NCBI GenBank assembly: GCA_010093815.1
Contig: ML996565.1
Direction: 5' to 3' (one strand)
DNA from: Pseudovirgaria hyperparasitica
Lineage: Eukaryota
Length of the DNA: 64,000 nucleotides
Shown here piece by piece: positions 1 to 12,862 of this stretch. The number at the start of each line of letters is the position of its first letter. Within the stretch, counting starts at the first letter, position 1. A program made the position numbers and the translations under genes. A model generated the notes under the pieces. That model did not search any database and was not told where the DNA came from. It worked only from the letters and a program-made list of their open reading frames with translations.

Positions 1-3000
1 TTCGTATAGACTTTCTGGCTCCATCACCGACGTACAGCTCTTCAATGTGTGTAGGGAGGAACAATGTGTCGAAGTTTCGATATGTACCTTTTGCTTTTGC
101 GACAGTCAATGACTGAAATACAAGGTCAAGTGTCGAAGGGTGGAGCATATAGGCTGATTCATGCCTTTCCTGTTCATCCAAAACGTCTACCGAAGCCACT
201 TGGTCTGTAACACTCGCCGCTATATTCTTCAATCGAGCAAACTTCCCGGCATAGTTCAGACCGACCCGTGCCATTGCAGTGTACCATCGAGATGACGATA
301 CTTTTCGATCAAGGATCGAGGGAGCTTTCTGTGGGAGTGGCGATGAACAGCCACCACAAACTCTCCCGGAACAGTGCTCATTCCAAGTAGTACCGTCATA
401 CGTGGCGACCTGGAAAGAGAACCAGCGACTACCCACAGCCGAGATAGGTTTTTCTGTGTGAAAGCTTGTCACCATCTCAACAGCTTTATCTGCGTATAGA
501 ACTAGAGCCTTGCTTATATCCATGTCTTGTACGGTGAAGTCCCTTTTCCCACTGAGCTGAAATATGGCCTCTCCAGCAATCGCAATATAGCCCGCCGCCG
601 GAAATATGACATCAACGCCAACGCGATGATCATGTAGCCAAGGTACGTTCGTGATCTTCAGTATATTCCTCCAGCTGGGTGATGTATCGCATCCTTCTAC
701 GATCCGAAGGCCAAGCAAGTCGTGTGGAAGATGCTTGCGGAACCTCCAGTTCTTCTGTATTCTGGTTTCAGACCAGTACTTCTTCTCGTAGTTCCAGGGA
801 TAGTTTGGAAGATCATGAACAACCTTTTCAGGCCCGTGTGGATATCCTATTTTAACACCATGGCAATATAGGAGCCCTACCGAAGTTAGGAATGATATGG
901 TATCGTCTTTACCACGATCCAGGACCGAGACATAGTTTATCTCTGTGCCGGCTGCCTTATAAATCTGTCTTAGTGGCCCAGAAAGCGCTGGATGAGGTCC
1001 AACTTCCAAGTGCACTCTACATTCCGGAGAGTCTGCCAGCAATGACTTAATAGCCGAGTGGAAAAGGACAGGGCTCTCTAGATTTTGCTGCCAATATAGG
1101 GGCCCAAAGTCTGAAGCTGACCGGAGGACTGTGCCTCTCACACTAGAATAGAATGGCACCGTAGGTGAAGTGGGTGACAAGTGCTTCGCAATAAGCTCAT
1201 AGTACTCCTGGCCGAAGAGACCCATGTGATCTAATCAGGTTAGCATAGAGTTAGATATATAACCATTCTGACAAGTAGAATCTTACAGGAATGATATGCC
1301 ATGTCAACTTGTAACTTCCTGACCAAAGTAAGTGGATTAGAGTCTTTAATGCTCAGCATCGTCTGTTCCAATGCGTCCAAGTCCCCTGAGAGCGTAATGC
1401 TAGAGCCACTGTTCTCACAGGCAATACAGACACCAGAATGGAGATATGGTGCAACATCCTCTCTGCTCATACCGACAGCAGCCATACCTCCTGCTTTCTT
1501 GGCTTCTTTACACACATGACCGCGATAGAATGCGGCGATGATTGCGGCATCCGCAGTCAATGCCCCTGCAGCGTACGCCGCAGCGAGCTCACCGCTTGAA
1601 TGTCCAACTACCGCGGAGGGAACGATGTTCCAGGTAGCCAAGAGGTTTATGAGTGCGATCTGTAAAGCAGTGCACACGGGCTGTGAGTATTGCGCCTCTA
1701 GGAGAAGCTTCCCGCTGGCTGCCGTGCATAGAACGTCTGGAAAAGGTTTGAGCTTTTGATGAATCCGTATTAATAAGTGTTCATGAGTTACCTTCGATAT
1801 TCCATGTGGGGCAGTGTGGTAGACTATGAATTATAGCATTCAACGAGCGAATGTCTTGCAGGAAGCTTGGATACTCTTGGGTAAGTAGACGGCCCATGGA
1901 AGCCCTATAAGAATCAGTCCGGTTTCTGAAGTCTAGACTGAAAGGAACTCACCACTGTGCACCCTGTCCGGTGAAGATGAAGGCAACTTGAGTAGGTCCC
2001 CGAAATCTAATGCGGACTGAAGCTTCCAAGGATTGCGAAGGACTTTCATATATTGCAAAGGTCCGCAAATCCAAGTGCTCTCTTCTTCTTGCCAGAGTAT
2101 AAGCTACATCATGCAAGCGACCTGGTTGCTGATTCAGATAGTCTTTAATGCCCTCAAATACGTTGTCCAAAGATCTCTCATGGTTTGCCGAGAACAAAAG
2201 TAGTCTTTTCGAAGATTTACGAGGCTCATTGTTGCTCTCAGAATGGAGGTGGGAGTTCTTGATGCCACATGATGCCGCAGAATCAATCACAAACTATCGC
2301 AGAGGTTAGCGAAATCTAGAGAGCGTCTATTGTTCTTTACGTGGACGTTTGACCCTCCAATGCCGTACGAGTTTACACCGATACGCTCAGCTTTGTTGAC
2401 TGGCCAGACGGTTGGCTCAATTGGTACTATAAGCCCATGGCTGTCCCATGGTACTATAACATTTAACCATAAGAGAGCGTCCCACTATCAAATGGAATTC
2501 CAACATACTCTTGGGATTAGGCTCATTGAACTTGATGTTCGGAAGAATGATGCGATTTTCAAGAGACACTACTGCCTTAAAGATACTAGTAAGAGCTGCC
2601 GCAGCCTCACTGTGTCCTAGATTTGGCTTGCTCTGAATATACTGTTAGAGTTCAATCTCAAGGTCATTGCAGCTACTAACCGCGCCCATATAGATTCCAC
2701 CTTCTCCTCCAAAACATCGTCCTATTGCTGAAGCCTCAATCGGGTCTCCGACTTTAGTGCCGGTACCTGAGGCTGTCATTTGATGCACTAATGGCTTCGA
2801 GTAGAAAATTTGCAGTCAACACTTACCATGGGCTTCAACCATAGCAGTCTTTGACATACCCAGTCCGATAACATCGTAAGCTTGGCGCATTAGATCCTCG
2901 TGCGCCTCCCCGTTTGGCATAGATATGCCGTTGGTTTTGCCATCTCTGTTACTCTTGTTACTCATTTTTCTCGTTCGCTGAGACTCCAAAGTGACTACGC

Positions 3001-4096
3001 AATTCGGGTGTGCCTTGACCGTTGTTTGTACTGGTGGGTGACAGGAAGAGCCCTAACTTACACATTGATTGCCGAAGATCGGATAACAGCACGGATTGGG
3101 TTGCCATCTTTGAGAGCTTCATCGAGGCGCTTGACATAGAGGGCTGAAACTGCCTCACCCCGGGCATAACCATCGGCAGCAGCATCGAATGACTTTGAGG
3201 AACCTTCTGGCGACAGTGAGCCCAACAGGGTCATATTTATGGTAAGTCCAGGAGCTTCACAACTTCATTAGGAAGCGACATTCTATTGGTTTGGAGGCAC
3301 TCACCGAATATAAGGTTTGAACCTGTTACTACGGCAGATATAATTCTTTTCCCCCTGATAGCCTCTAAAGCTTCGTGCAACGCAATACCTGCAGAGGAGC
3401 ATGCCGTCTTGATGGCCATACTATGGAAAAGATTAGTTACTCTCAGTGGTTACCGGCGTGAGTCTGTCTGGGGAATTACCTTGGGCCTTTCAGGTCATAC
3501 TCGTATGCGATCCGGTTCGGCAACGCAAAGTCAACCGAACCAAGGATGCGATGAATGCTATGCTTGAGGTCATCCCTGTGTGCTAGTTCTTGCCAATCCT
3601 CAGTGAAAAGACCAACGTAAGTGCCAATATTTTTCCCTCTCCAGTCGCCTTCTCCGGCATTCTCAAAAACTTCTCGCACAACCTCAAGAAGGAGCCTGTG
3701 GTTCGGGTCAAGTTCGGTGCCTTCTGCCTCGCCAAAGCTGAACATTGATAGATCGATATCTGAAAAGTCTAAGTCGTTGAGAAAATAGCCATGTCTTGTG
3801 TTAATCGTCCCCTCTTTTCCGTAAGGACTATAGAACCCTTCAATGTTGTATCGACTTGCACCTATGATCGATCGGGCATCACCTTTGTTCAATAGGAATC
3901 TATACAGATCCCGATCATTGCGAATTCCGCCTGGCAACCTCATAGCCATCCCACAGATTGCTATTGGGGTCTCGGCTCTGGACCCATCTTTTACTTTGTC
4001 TCCTTGACTTTGTGCTCCGTTGATGTTATCCGGAATGTCGCCGACATGTCCTTTAGTGTTACGTCCAGACGCAGTATAAGAAATGTCGGTTGCCAT
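1..4096 (-). CDS. Iterative type I reducing polyketide synthase, 5' part (KS-AT-DH); multi-exon, truncated by window start
   Basis: KS motifs [20 protein letters not shown] (catalytic Cys), spliced [12 protein letters not shown] and [13 protein letters not shown] motifs [23 protein letters not shown] motif HDLLG...[18 protein letters not shown] introns restore frame across the KS exons I traced. Confidence 0.95.
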
Positions 4097-5829
4097 ACCG
4101 TTGATGACTTCCGATGGAGAGAAGTATAATTCTGCATGCGTTGTACCAGTTCAGGTAGCTATGTCAGAGGCGAAAGTGGGTGTGAGGTAGGATTAAGACG
4201 TTGAGCAGATGTAATAACGGAATTGAGGTAGGATTCTGCGAGCTGCGTGAATAGGTGAGGGTGAAATTTTTAAAGACTTTAAGCTTTGCTTGACTGGTAT
4301 ATCCGACTTAAAAGTGAACAGTTCAAAGGCGACGTGAGGAAAATAAGGAGCTTTGTCTTGTGAATTTTGATCAAATTTGTGTGCTTTTGCAGAAAAGATA
4401 TTGGAAGACTACAGCGACTGAGTCGGCAACTCTACCCTAATTACAAGACATAAGTAACGTAGGAATACGTGCCACAGCTGACAAGAGCATTTGCCGTCGC
4501 AGTAAGTAGGGATGTCCCGGCAAGATGGGCGTGACGTCCCAGTCTCGTGTGAATTCAGTCCAAGTCTGTGAAAAGATGCTGCATTCACCACGACCTATGG
4601 GTTTGCCGGTACACGAATGAAATTTCGGTCAGAGAGAAGAGATTTCTGTGGTCTGTACCGCCGCAACACCGGGCGCGAGTACCAGTAACGCCGCGCATTT
4701 TCACTCATCCTGCATCAAACTTTGACAGATATCAGATGGACCTTTAGATCAAGAATCTCATGCGCTTAGCAAATGACTTTAAGTCAAGTATGCCCCAAAT
4801 CTCAACCCATAGCAGCACGCATTTAAATTGGGCAGATTCCTATACAATGTTCGACAAAGTTTCATAAGGTGGAATGGAAAGTGTTTGAACACTATGTTAT
4901 GTGTCACGCGGCAAATAAGGGAGTTGATGGGCCAATGTAAAGGCTAGGACAGGGGTCCAAGGTATAACTCGAAGCTAGTCGAAAATGACAGCTCATTTAG
5001 ACGATGTTTCTATGCTGACTGAAAATCCAGCATTGTGTAATGATTAGACGGGCGCATATATTTCTTACAATGAGAGCTGATGTGTTCCCATTCAAAAATG
5101 CAGGCGCCCGCCAGACTGAATTTTGTACAATACCCACTGTTGGATGCCTCCACGAGCTGACGAGTCACTCCCGCGTTTCTTAACCGATATTTTACGTGGA
5201 ATCTAGCTTCAAGTCGGTAGGCGTGATGCGAAGCCCCTTGATAATCAGTCTTATATGTTACTACAATGTATATATACACTGAAGAAATCGTTCTAGATGA
5301 GTAAAGTATGCGAGATATGAGATCCCTCGACTTGTGTCTCAAAGCATGGGTGACGGAAGAATTCAACAAGGTCCCTGTCTCCAGATCTAGAATTAGGAGA
5401 ATGCACTATAACAGTAGTCAGGCAACACCTTACAGTACTAGGACATTGGTCTAGGGACATGTTAGGCAAACCCAAGGTAGCGAAGTATCCCTAGACTAAT
5501 ATCCCGTTACTGTAGCTCATATGAAGGTAAAATCCAAGGTCTAATCATGCCTTGTTACTCTATCTTAGCATTATCTCGAATTCATTGTTCCTTCTCGCTA
5601 TAACGATGGTAGGTAGCATGCTCGCGTATAAGAAGGTGAGAATATATCCAAAGGAAATGGTCCTGTATACGAAATCATACGTGGGCGTCGCTCTAACCAG
5701 TGGAGCTGTGTAGCGTGAAGCTTGACGCAAGTTCAATCTTCCTGAGATTCGCAGGCTTCGCAGCATCCTAGGTGAGGACAGACTGGCACGACCTGGTAGG
5801 CATTGGACTAACAAAACTAGAGCCAATAC

Positions 5830-6450
5830 AAAACAACCACTTAGTTGTAATAAGCAAAGTGTTTTCTAAAATACGTTAAGTGATTTGAATCCACAGCTCT
5901 CGTTACGACGCACTGCCTATTTACATGCACTATGACTACACTTATATGGCTTCATAACAACCCTAAATCTTTAGATGTTAATATTAGTCTACTTTCATAG
6001 CCTAACAATAATAGAGAAAATCCCTATTTTCTTATTTTCTCTACTATATACCTTAGTACTTTAGTAGTTATCTACTTCATAGAGCTTTTCTTAGAATAAC
6101 TAATTAATCTATTCTTTTTTTATTAATTCTCTTATATAGAAGGTAAGAGACTATATAGAAGTGTATTTATATATAATTAATAATTTTCCTAGAGTTCTAG
6201 TTCTAGAGATATTAGGGAAAAGGTAAGTGTTAAGAATAGGAGAAAAAGTAGTATGTTGCGCGCGCAACGTGTGCCAAGAGTCGCGCTGAAAAAGTTACAG
6301 ACGGATATAAATAGACATGTTTTTTAAAACGATACCTGCCTAGAGACGTGTAAAGAATGTTTATAGTATATATTAGATCGTAAGAGAGAAAGAAAAGGTA
6401 GCTAATTATACCTATGAATGAGAAGGTATATGCTAGGACTAAAACAGCAT
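5830..6450. other. AT-rich, TpA-enriched tract with RIP-like composition (decayed repeat or gene relic)
   Basis: Visibly AT-rich relative to its flanks, with many TA/TAG/CTA words, few CA/TG and no ORF. Judged by eye; no RIP index computed. Confidence 0.6.
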
Positions 6451-7882
6451 GGACGATCCATAGCTAGGTGGATCAAAGTGGGGAGGGAGGCGCCTGTCCC
6501 GCCTTCATGGTTTGTGAGATCAATCTGATATCTTCTCGATTTCGTTGTTCCGAGGTCTTCTGACATCAAACAGCTCAAGAACTCCTACCATAATGCCTTC
6601 GAACCCCATCACAATCTTTCGTCAACTAGACATAGTGCTTACATGAGGTGACTATCCTCTGTTGCACTCCAACCTACGACGTCTCTTACGAAATTCTCCG
6701 TGGATACAATTACCGTGCGTTGGTCGACTCATATGATATTGAACAGGAAATCCTTGGTGTTAGTGCTTGCCAGACAATCAATGGAAATATCCCGGCAGGA
6801 TGCACAGAAAACAAGCGTGTCTTAAGAGAGAAGCTGAAGTGAGTGGCGTTCCGCCAGAACAAATCAAAGATCCGCTACATCAGCTCATCGCTGTACACGC
6901 TGTACGACCAAGTAGCCACATGAGGAACGCCTCCGCGGGAGCAGTAGCTGTGTATAAACCGAATACTAGTACTAGCTGGGAGAGCGCGTAAAGTTGTCGT
7001 TGATACAAGAGAATCTGGTACCTTCATAACCGACAATGCTGGGATCCACAAGCGACATATTGCTAAGACCAAATCCTCTGGATGAATTCCTTTTTAGGTG
7101 CACGTACCCCGCAAGTCGTCGGTTTGGCGCAGCTGAAAGTAACCCGAACGAATAGCTGCTCCGTGACAAACGTGCGACCCCCATGTTCCAATGGATACCT
7201 GCTGCGATATGGTGGGCGCCATTGATCTCCTCGGGTCCTTCACAAAAGATGCAATGCAGTTGCGCGGTTTTACGTTTATGCCCATCTGAGACTTTGCATA
7301 AGCCTGCCAAAAAAAAACCAATACCTCAGCTAACTTGCCATGTGGTCGTTTGATTGCTCAAATCGTGGCTCTGTTCGGCTCTGGTGATACTACCGATAGT
7401 ATGATTACCAAATATGGATTAGGCCTTGACTAGATGTCAATGTCTAATCGATTGCAATCTGTAATTGACGAAGTGCAAGCTCTGGTGCTACCAAGGTTCT
7501 GCTGAGTGGATACCACCCCGAGACTAGAGTACTGCAGTGTCCCGTCGATCCATGGCTGGCGCTGACCCACTACGTTGCTTCCGAAATTCTGAGATGTCCA
7601 ATCAGGACCTTTTGCCATTACAGATTGCATCGATCTCGCTGAGGGAGACGGCAAGCCGTGATGTATCTGGCAGGGAGAGTAACAGATCATGGACGTGTAC
7701 AAGTCTGGGTGGAGAACGCATCTTGTGCTCACGTTAGTGGTGTGCTCACCTATGCAACACTGGCATAATGACGCAGTAGCCAAACGTACAAATAGCTGGA
7801 ATAGACCTTGGGATTTGATGGAACTCGATTCTCACCAAATTTGATTTTGAGAGCGACCGAATACTGTCGCTTTCCTAACATC

Positions 7883-10800
7883 ATGACGCCCATCGGAGGG
7901 GATCAATCTACTCAGGTCGAGACCCAAGGAGATGCTTCTCACCAGATCATCAGTTCCCATTTCATTGGTCCCCAATCAGAGAATCTTCCTTACTTCAAGC
8001 AAAATATCGACACAATTCTTGATGAATTGGAGAAGGCGAGAGCAAGATACTTCCCCAAAGACAAGGTAGATGAATCACATGAATAGAAGCTGCAACTCCG
8101 TATATTGACAGTAGCAGAGCTTCATTACCCAAGATGTACAAGATTCTCCAGCGTTCCGACAGCAGATGCAGAAGCTTCGCGTAGCTGTCCAGAAGACTGC
8201 AAACATTCTAGGCAGAACCTCTATACCATGCTGGTCGCCCCGTTATGAAGCACATATGTATGTCTTCAAATGAATAGCTAATATGCCGTATCCATCATGC
8301 TGACGAAGTTGGCAGGTGCACAGACTTGAGTATGGCTTCGCTACTTGGGTACTTCATGACAATGATGTATAATCCCAACAATGTCGCTTTGGAAGCTAGC
8401 CCATTTTCTACAGTGGCAGAGATCGAAGTTGGAGAGCAACTCTGTGAGCTCTTTGGGTACAACATCAACGAAGATGATCTTGAAACCCCGACAGCCTGGG
8501 GCCATGTCACGTGTGGCGGAACTGTTGCCAACCTGGAATCTATGTGGTTAGTATTCTGACCAGTCAAATATAGCAATTGCTGACTATAGCTTATAGGGTT
8601 GGTGAGGCAGTGCCAAGCTTATCATACTGACATGTCCACTGACAGCTTCTAGCGCGCAATTTGAAGTTCTATCCTCTTTCAATTTTCAAAGCAATGACCA
8701 CAGGGAAAAAGCCGTTGGGATTCCTAGGCAAGAAATTCCATATCGAAACTTGCCAAGGTGAACAGAAGTTGTTCTCTAAGTTGTCCACATGGGAGCTATT
8801 GAATCTGAAACCTTCCGACGTCCTTGATATACCTGACCGTCTGTATCAAGAGCATGGGGTCTCTAACGTGTTCTTATCGAAAGTCATGGAAGAATACACC
8901 ATCCAGTCGACAGGCAAAGGTGTACTTGAAAGTGATTTTGACTTGTTGGACCGGCCTGCTCAATATCTACTTGCTACCACTCGGCATTATTCTTGGCCCA
9001 AAGGGGCAGGTACGTAACAGTCTCCATTTCGCTCAGCCAAATAAAGCTAATTGTCTGCCTCGAAGCTGTTGCTGGAATTGGCTCGGATAATGTCATTGGC
9101 ATTCAAGTTGATAACGAGGCACGTATCGATATCGCAGCGTTGGAAGCCCGACTGGAAGAAAGCTTGAAAGATGAACGGCCAATCTTGGCGGTCGTTGCAA
9201 TTATTGGGTCTACAGAAGGTGAGCGCTAGATGACCGCTGTGGGAAAGACTACTGACCAGACACTATCTATAGAGGGCGCTGTAGACCCATTGAGCTCCAT
9301 TCTGGCTCTGAGGAAACAATATCAGACCCGAGGCCTTTCATTCCTTGTGCACGGGGACGCGGCCTGGTAAGTAGGATGGGGTCAACACGTAAGTTTAAGC
9401 TGATGAGAAGCTAGGGGAGGGTATTTCTGCTCCATGCTACCACGCAACTATGCTCCAGGAGACGTCCTTAATCTTCCCACAGAGATGGGAGACGGGGATG
9501 GCTTTGTACCGGATGCTTGTTTGCGTGCCCAGACACAGGATGATCTGTTTGCTCTACGATTTGCCGATTCTATCACCGTTGATCCTCACAAAGCTGGTTA
9601 TATCCCATATCCTGCCGGTGGTCTCTGCTACAGAGACGGACGTATGAGGTTTTTGGTATTAATAGATATGAATTCCCGCAGAGCATTTATACTGACTGTT
9701 TAAAGGTCACCTGGACGAGCCCATACCTCTCTAGAGGTTCTGTTACCAGTATCGGTATATATGGGGTGGAGGGAAGGTGAGTGCTACCACTGTGTTTTGT
9801 CTTAGACAGCTTCTGATGAATATTTCAGTAAGCCTGGCGCCGCAGCAGTGTCCACTTGGCTCTCGAACAAAGTGATTGGCCTGGGTCAAGAAGGCTACGG
9901 TAAACTTCTTGGAGAAGTAAGTTTCTTGAGCGTATCTCTAATTTATAGACTAATGTTTTCAGGTGACATGGACTTGCAGTCGAGTGAGTATCTGTAGAGG
10001 ACCATCAGAGTCGCAAAGTTGACCTCACTTATAGTTTTCTGCGGAATGGGCTTCCCTATCGAATTCAAGCACGCCTTTTATATGTGTTCCATTGAACAAA
10101 TTGCCTTCGGAGCGCGCACCTGGATCGACTTCAGCGAAAGTCGAGGCAGAAAAGGCTTGGATTAAGAGTGAAATCGTGAATAAGTCTAATACTGAGATCC
10201 TGGACGAGGATCGCCGCCGTCCTGATTCTCATAAAGCGGTGAAGCTTCTTAGGGAACTCGGGTCCGACCGTATGTCCACCACACAGCCTCTCATATGACA
10301 ACAGCACGCAACACCAAGACGCAATAGAGGTCTGCCAAACATTTCTAACTGTTTTCAGTGAATATCAATGCCTTCAGCCTAAACTTCACCCTATCCAATG
10401 GCAGAGTCAATGACGATATAGAGGAAGCCAATTATCTGATGCAACGGGTTGTACAAGCCTTCAGTGTCGAAAGTCCTGCCGACGACCCCACGAAGATTCC
10501 ATTTTATCTGACCTCTACTGAGTTCTCGAATGAGCTATATGACAGTTGCAAAGCGGATCTCATGCGGAGATTGGGACTGAAGCCAAGCAATCAAAATCTG
10601 ATGGTTCTACGCAATGTTGTCATGTCTCCGTTCCCCTCTGATGGGGGCTTCATCAGAGAGATGTGTGAGGTTTTTGAGCAGACCGTGAGGGCTGAGATCT
10701 CAGTAAGAACTGGCATTGACATTCATACCACGGGTATAGCTAATCTTGGATATCGTAGATTGTTCGGAAACGTAACGAAGTCACGGAAGACTTCCACAAG

Positions 10801-12071
10801 TTTCTGATGCAGGGGACAGAACAAGTCTACCTGATCCACCTGCCTATGTTTCATGTCGCAAACCACCGCCAGCAGCTCATTGTTTCTGTTGAATTGGATG
10901 AAAAGTCGAAAGCCATGTATAGGTCCTTGAAGCAACACAATCCTACCGAGCCAATGATCCTTGTCACACAGACTAAAGTTGAGCTACCAGACATCGTATC
11001 ATCTGAACGGGGAGGAACCTTCGTCGGTCAAATCAGGACAGAAGCATCGTAAGTCGATATACAACATACGTACCAAAGTCATCTAGTCTAATTCTTACAG
11101 TGGCACTGTACTGAAAGATGTAAAAGTACAGATCACCGGAAAAGTAGTCAGCAGACCCCTGAATTCTGCCTTCCGGCTCGATACATATCCGGAAGACTTC
11201 ATGCCATTCTACCTATACGGCAGTCGTAGGTCTTCCTTACACGTAGTATGAACTGAATCTAATGTCCGATATAGCGACTGAAGCTAACATTGACCACGTG
11301 ATCGTTAAAGCACCAAATACTCAGCTCTCCGCAGGCCGTTGTGAACTAGACATCGACGGCTTGGAGCCAGAACACTGGAAGAAACCACTCCTTCTCATAT
11401 TTGAAGATTTTGCAGAAAACCCTATGCAACCGTTTCCTCCGAATGACGAGATTGGTTCTAAACATGGCGCCGTAATTTCGCACGAACACTTTGAGCCTTC
11501 GCAGATTTCGAAGCTGGCATCCACGCCCACCAATGGTCATGCTAATGAAAATATGGTTGATAGTGGCATTGCTGACATGCCCTTGCGCGACCCAGCAGAC
11601 TTAAAGTCTGGTATCGCAAAGCCGTCGAGTCTAAACGGTTCAGAGGGCTACGATTTTGCTACAACCGGTGCAACCGCAGATACTCTGTTCCGTGAGGCAG
11701 AGAACGACTCGGAATTCGTGCAGCTAAACAAAGGAGCAGCAGTTATCACTAGCGAAATTCGATCGGGCCGTGCCCACGGCTCTAAATTTTTCTTCCGACC
11801 TCGAGCAACGTTCCGCGTCAGTGTCTGGGAGGACTTGAAGCGTGGTGAGGAAAAGCCTGAATCAGTCAAGCCGGATGAGAAGGTTTTTGTCGGACGTGGC
11901 ACACTGAAGCTCGGCGAGAGTGTATATGTCGACAGTGAGGCGATCAACGTTGATCCTTTTGCGAAGGTCAACAAGATCGCCGAATGGAGGCATGAGCTGA
12001 ACCAGATAGGTAAGGATATCGAGCAGGAAACTTATCAGGCTGCGGCGTATGGAGGCACGGGATTCCGTTGA
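7883..12071 (+). CDS. Group II PLP-dependent decarboxylase with C-terminal appendage domain (fungal non-canonical aromatic amino acid / tyrosine decarboxylase-like); about 15 introns
   Basis: Motifs FIGPQSEN, YNPNNVALEASP, WGHVTCGGTVANLESMW, HYSWPKGA, IIGSTEEGAVDP, HGDAAWGGYF and PLP lysine DSITVDPHKAGYIPYPAG. C-terminal extension contains HLPMFHVANHRQQLIV and PFYLYG...IDHVIVKAPNTQLSA. Confidence 0.9.
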
Positions 12072-12862
12072 TCTCAATCGAACAGGGTATGGATTCTTGA
12101 TATGTAATTTCTGGATCCGAAAATGTAACGGAGTGTTGTTACTCATTCGGCTTATGTGACGGCCACGGTCACTCACTTCTTGGAACACGAAGTGCACTTC
12201 TGAAGATATACTGGTCAAATACACGCAGAATTTCATAACTCTCAATTGCATATGACCTCGATAATCAATCACAGACCTTGGGTGATTTCAGTTCTCGATG
12301 CTCCAATCGCAGATCACCAGCACCTCTATACTCTCCAGAGTGGCACGACAAGCCACTCATTATCAACGTCTTCACCATCGCGCTTAAATGCCTCAACAAG
12401 ACCCTACCGAGGACGAACTAAATAAGCGTAGCTTTTCATAAGTGATAAAGCGCGAAAATAGATAGACATCAGTGAACAGTAGAAAGAAGCGACTAAGCAG
12501 CCCACGTATTAGAACCAAGTTAAGGCTAGCACGGTTGCTACACACTATGGCGGGACGTAATGTGCTCTCCTGCTCCAACAGCTCACAAAATTCTACTTAA
12601 CAGGCCTTGTGAATGACGAGCATTCTTATGTATGAAGTGGCAACATATAATAACTCTCGCCACAACAATAATAAGAAAGGCGATAACGTCAAGATAACAT
12701 CCGTGCTCGCTCTGTACGCCTATCTGAGGATTATCAACATGAACCCATGATCTCATCATCATCCACAGCTTCCACTGTAGCAAACTCAAAGATATGCTTA
12801 TCTCCTGATATCCATGTGTGATGAAAGTGGCGCTCAGTATGTCTCGTCCCAGTGAGTGCGTT

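Noticed and set aside
2300..3480. PKS appearing fragmented, suggesting a pseudogene
   Set aside because: The breaks I traced are GT-AG introns, and the KS catalytic Cys and both His motifs are recovered after splicing.
6600..7800. Several 60-120 aa ORFs upstream of the decarboxylase
   Set aside because: No recognisable motifs or consistent splice model; may be decayed coding DNA but cannot be supported.
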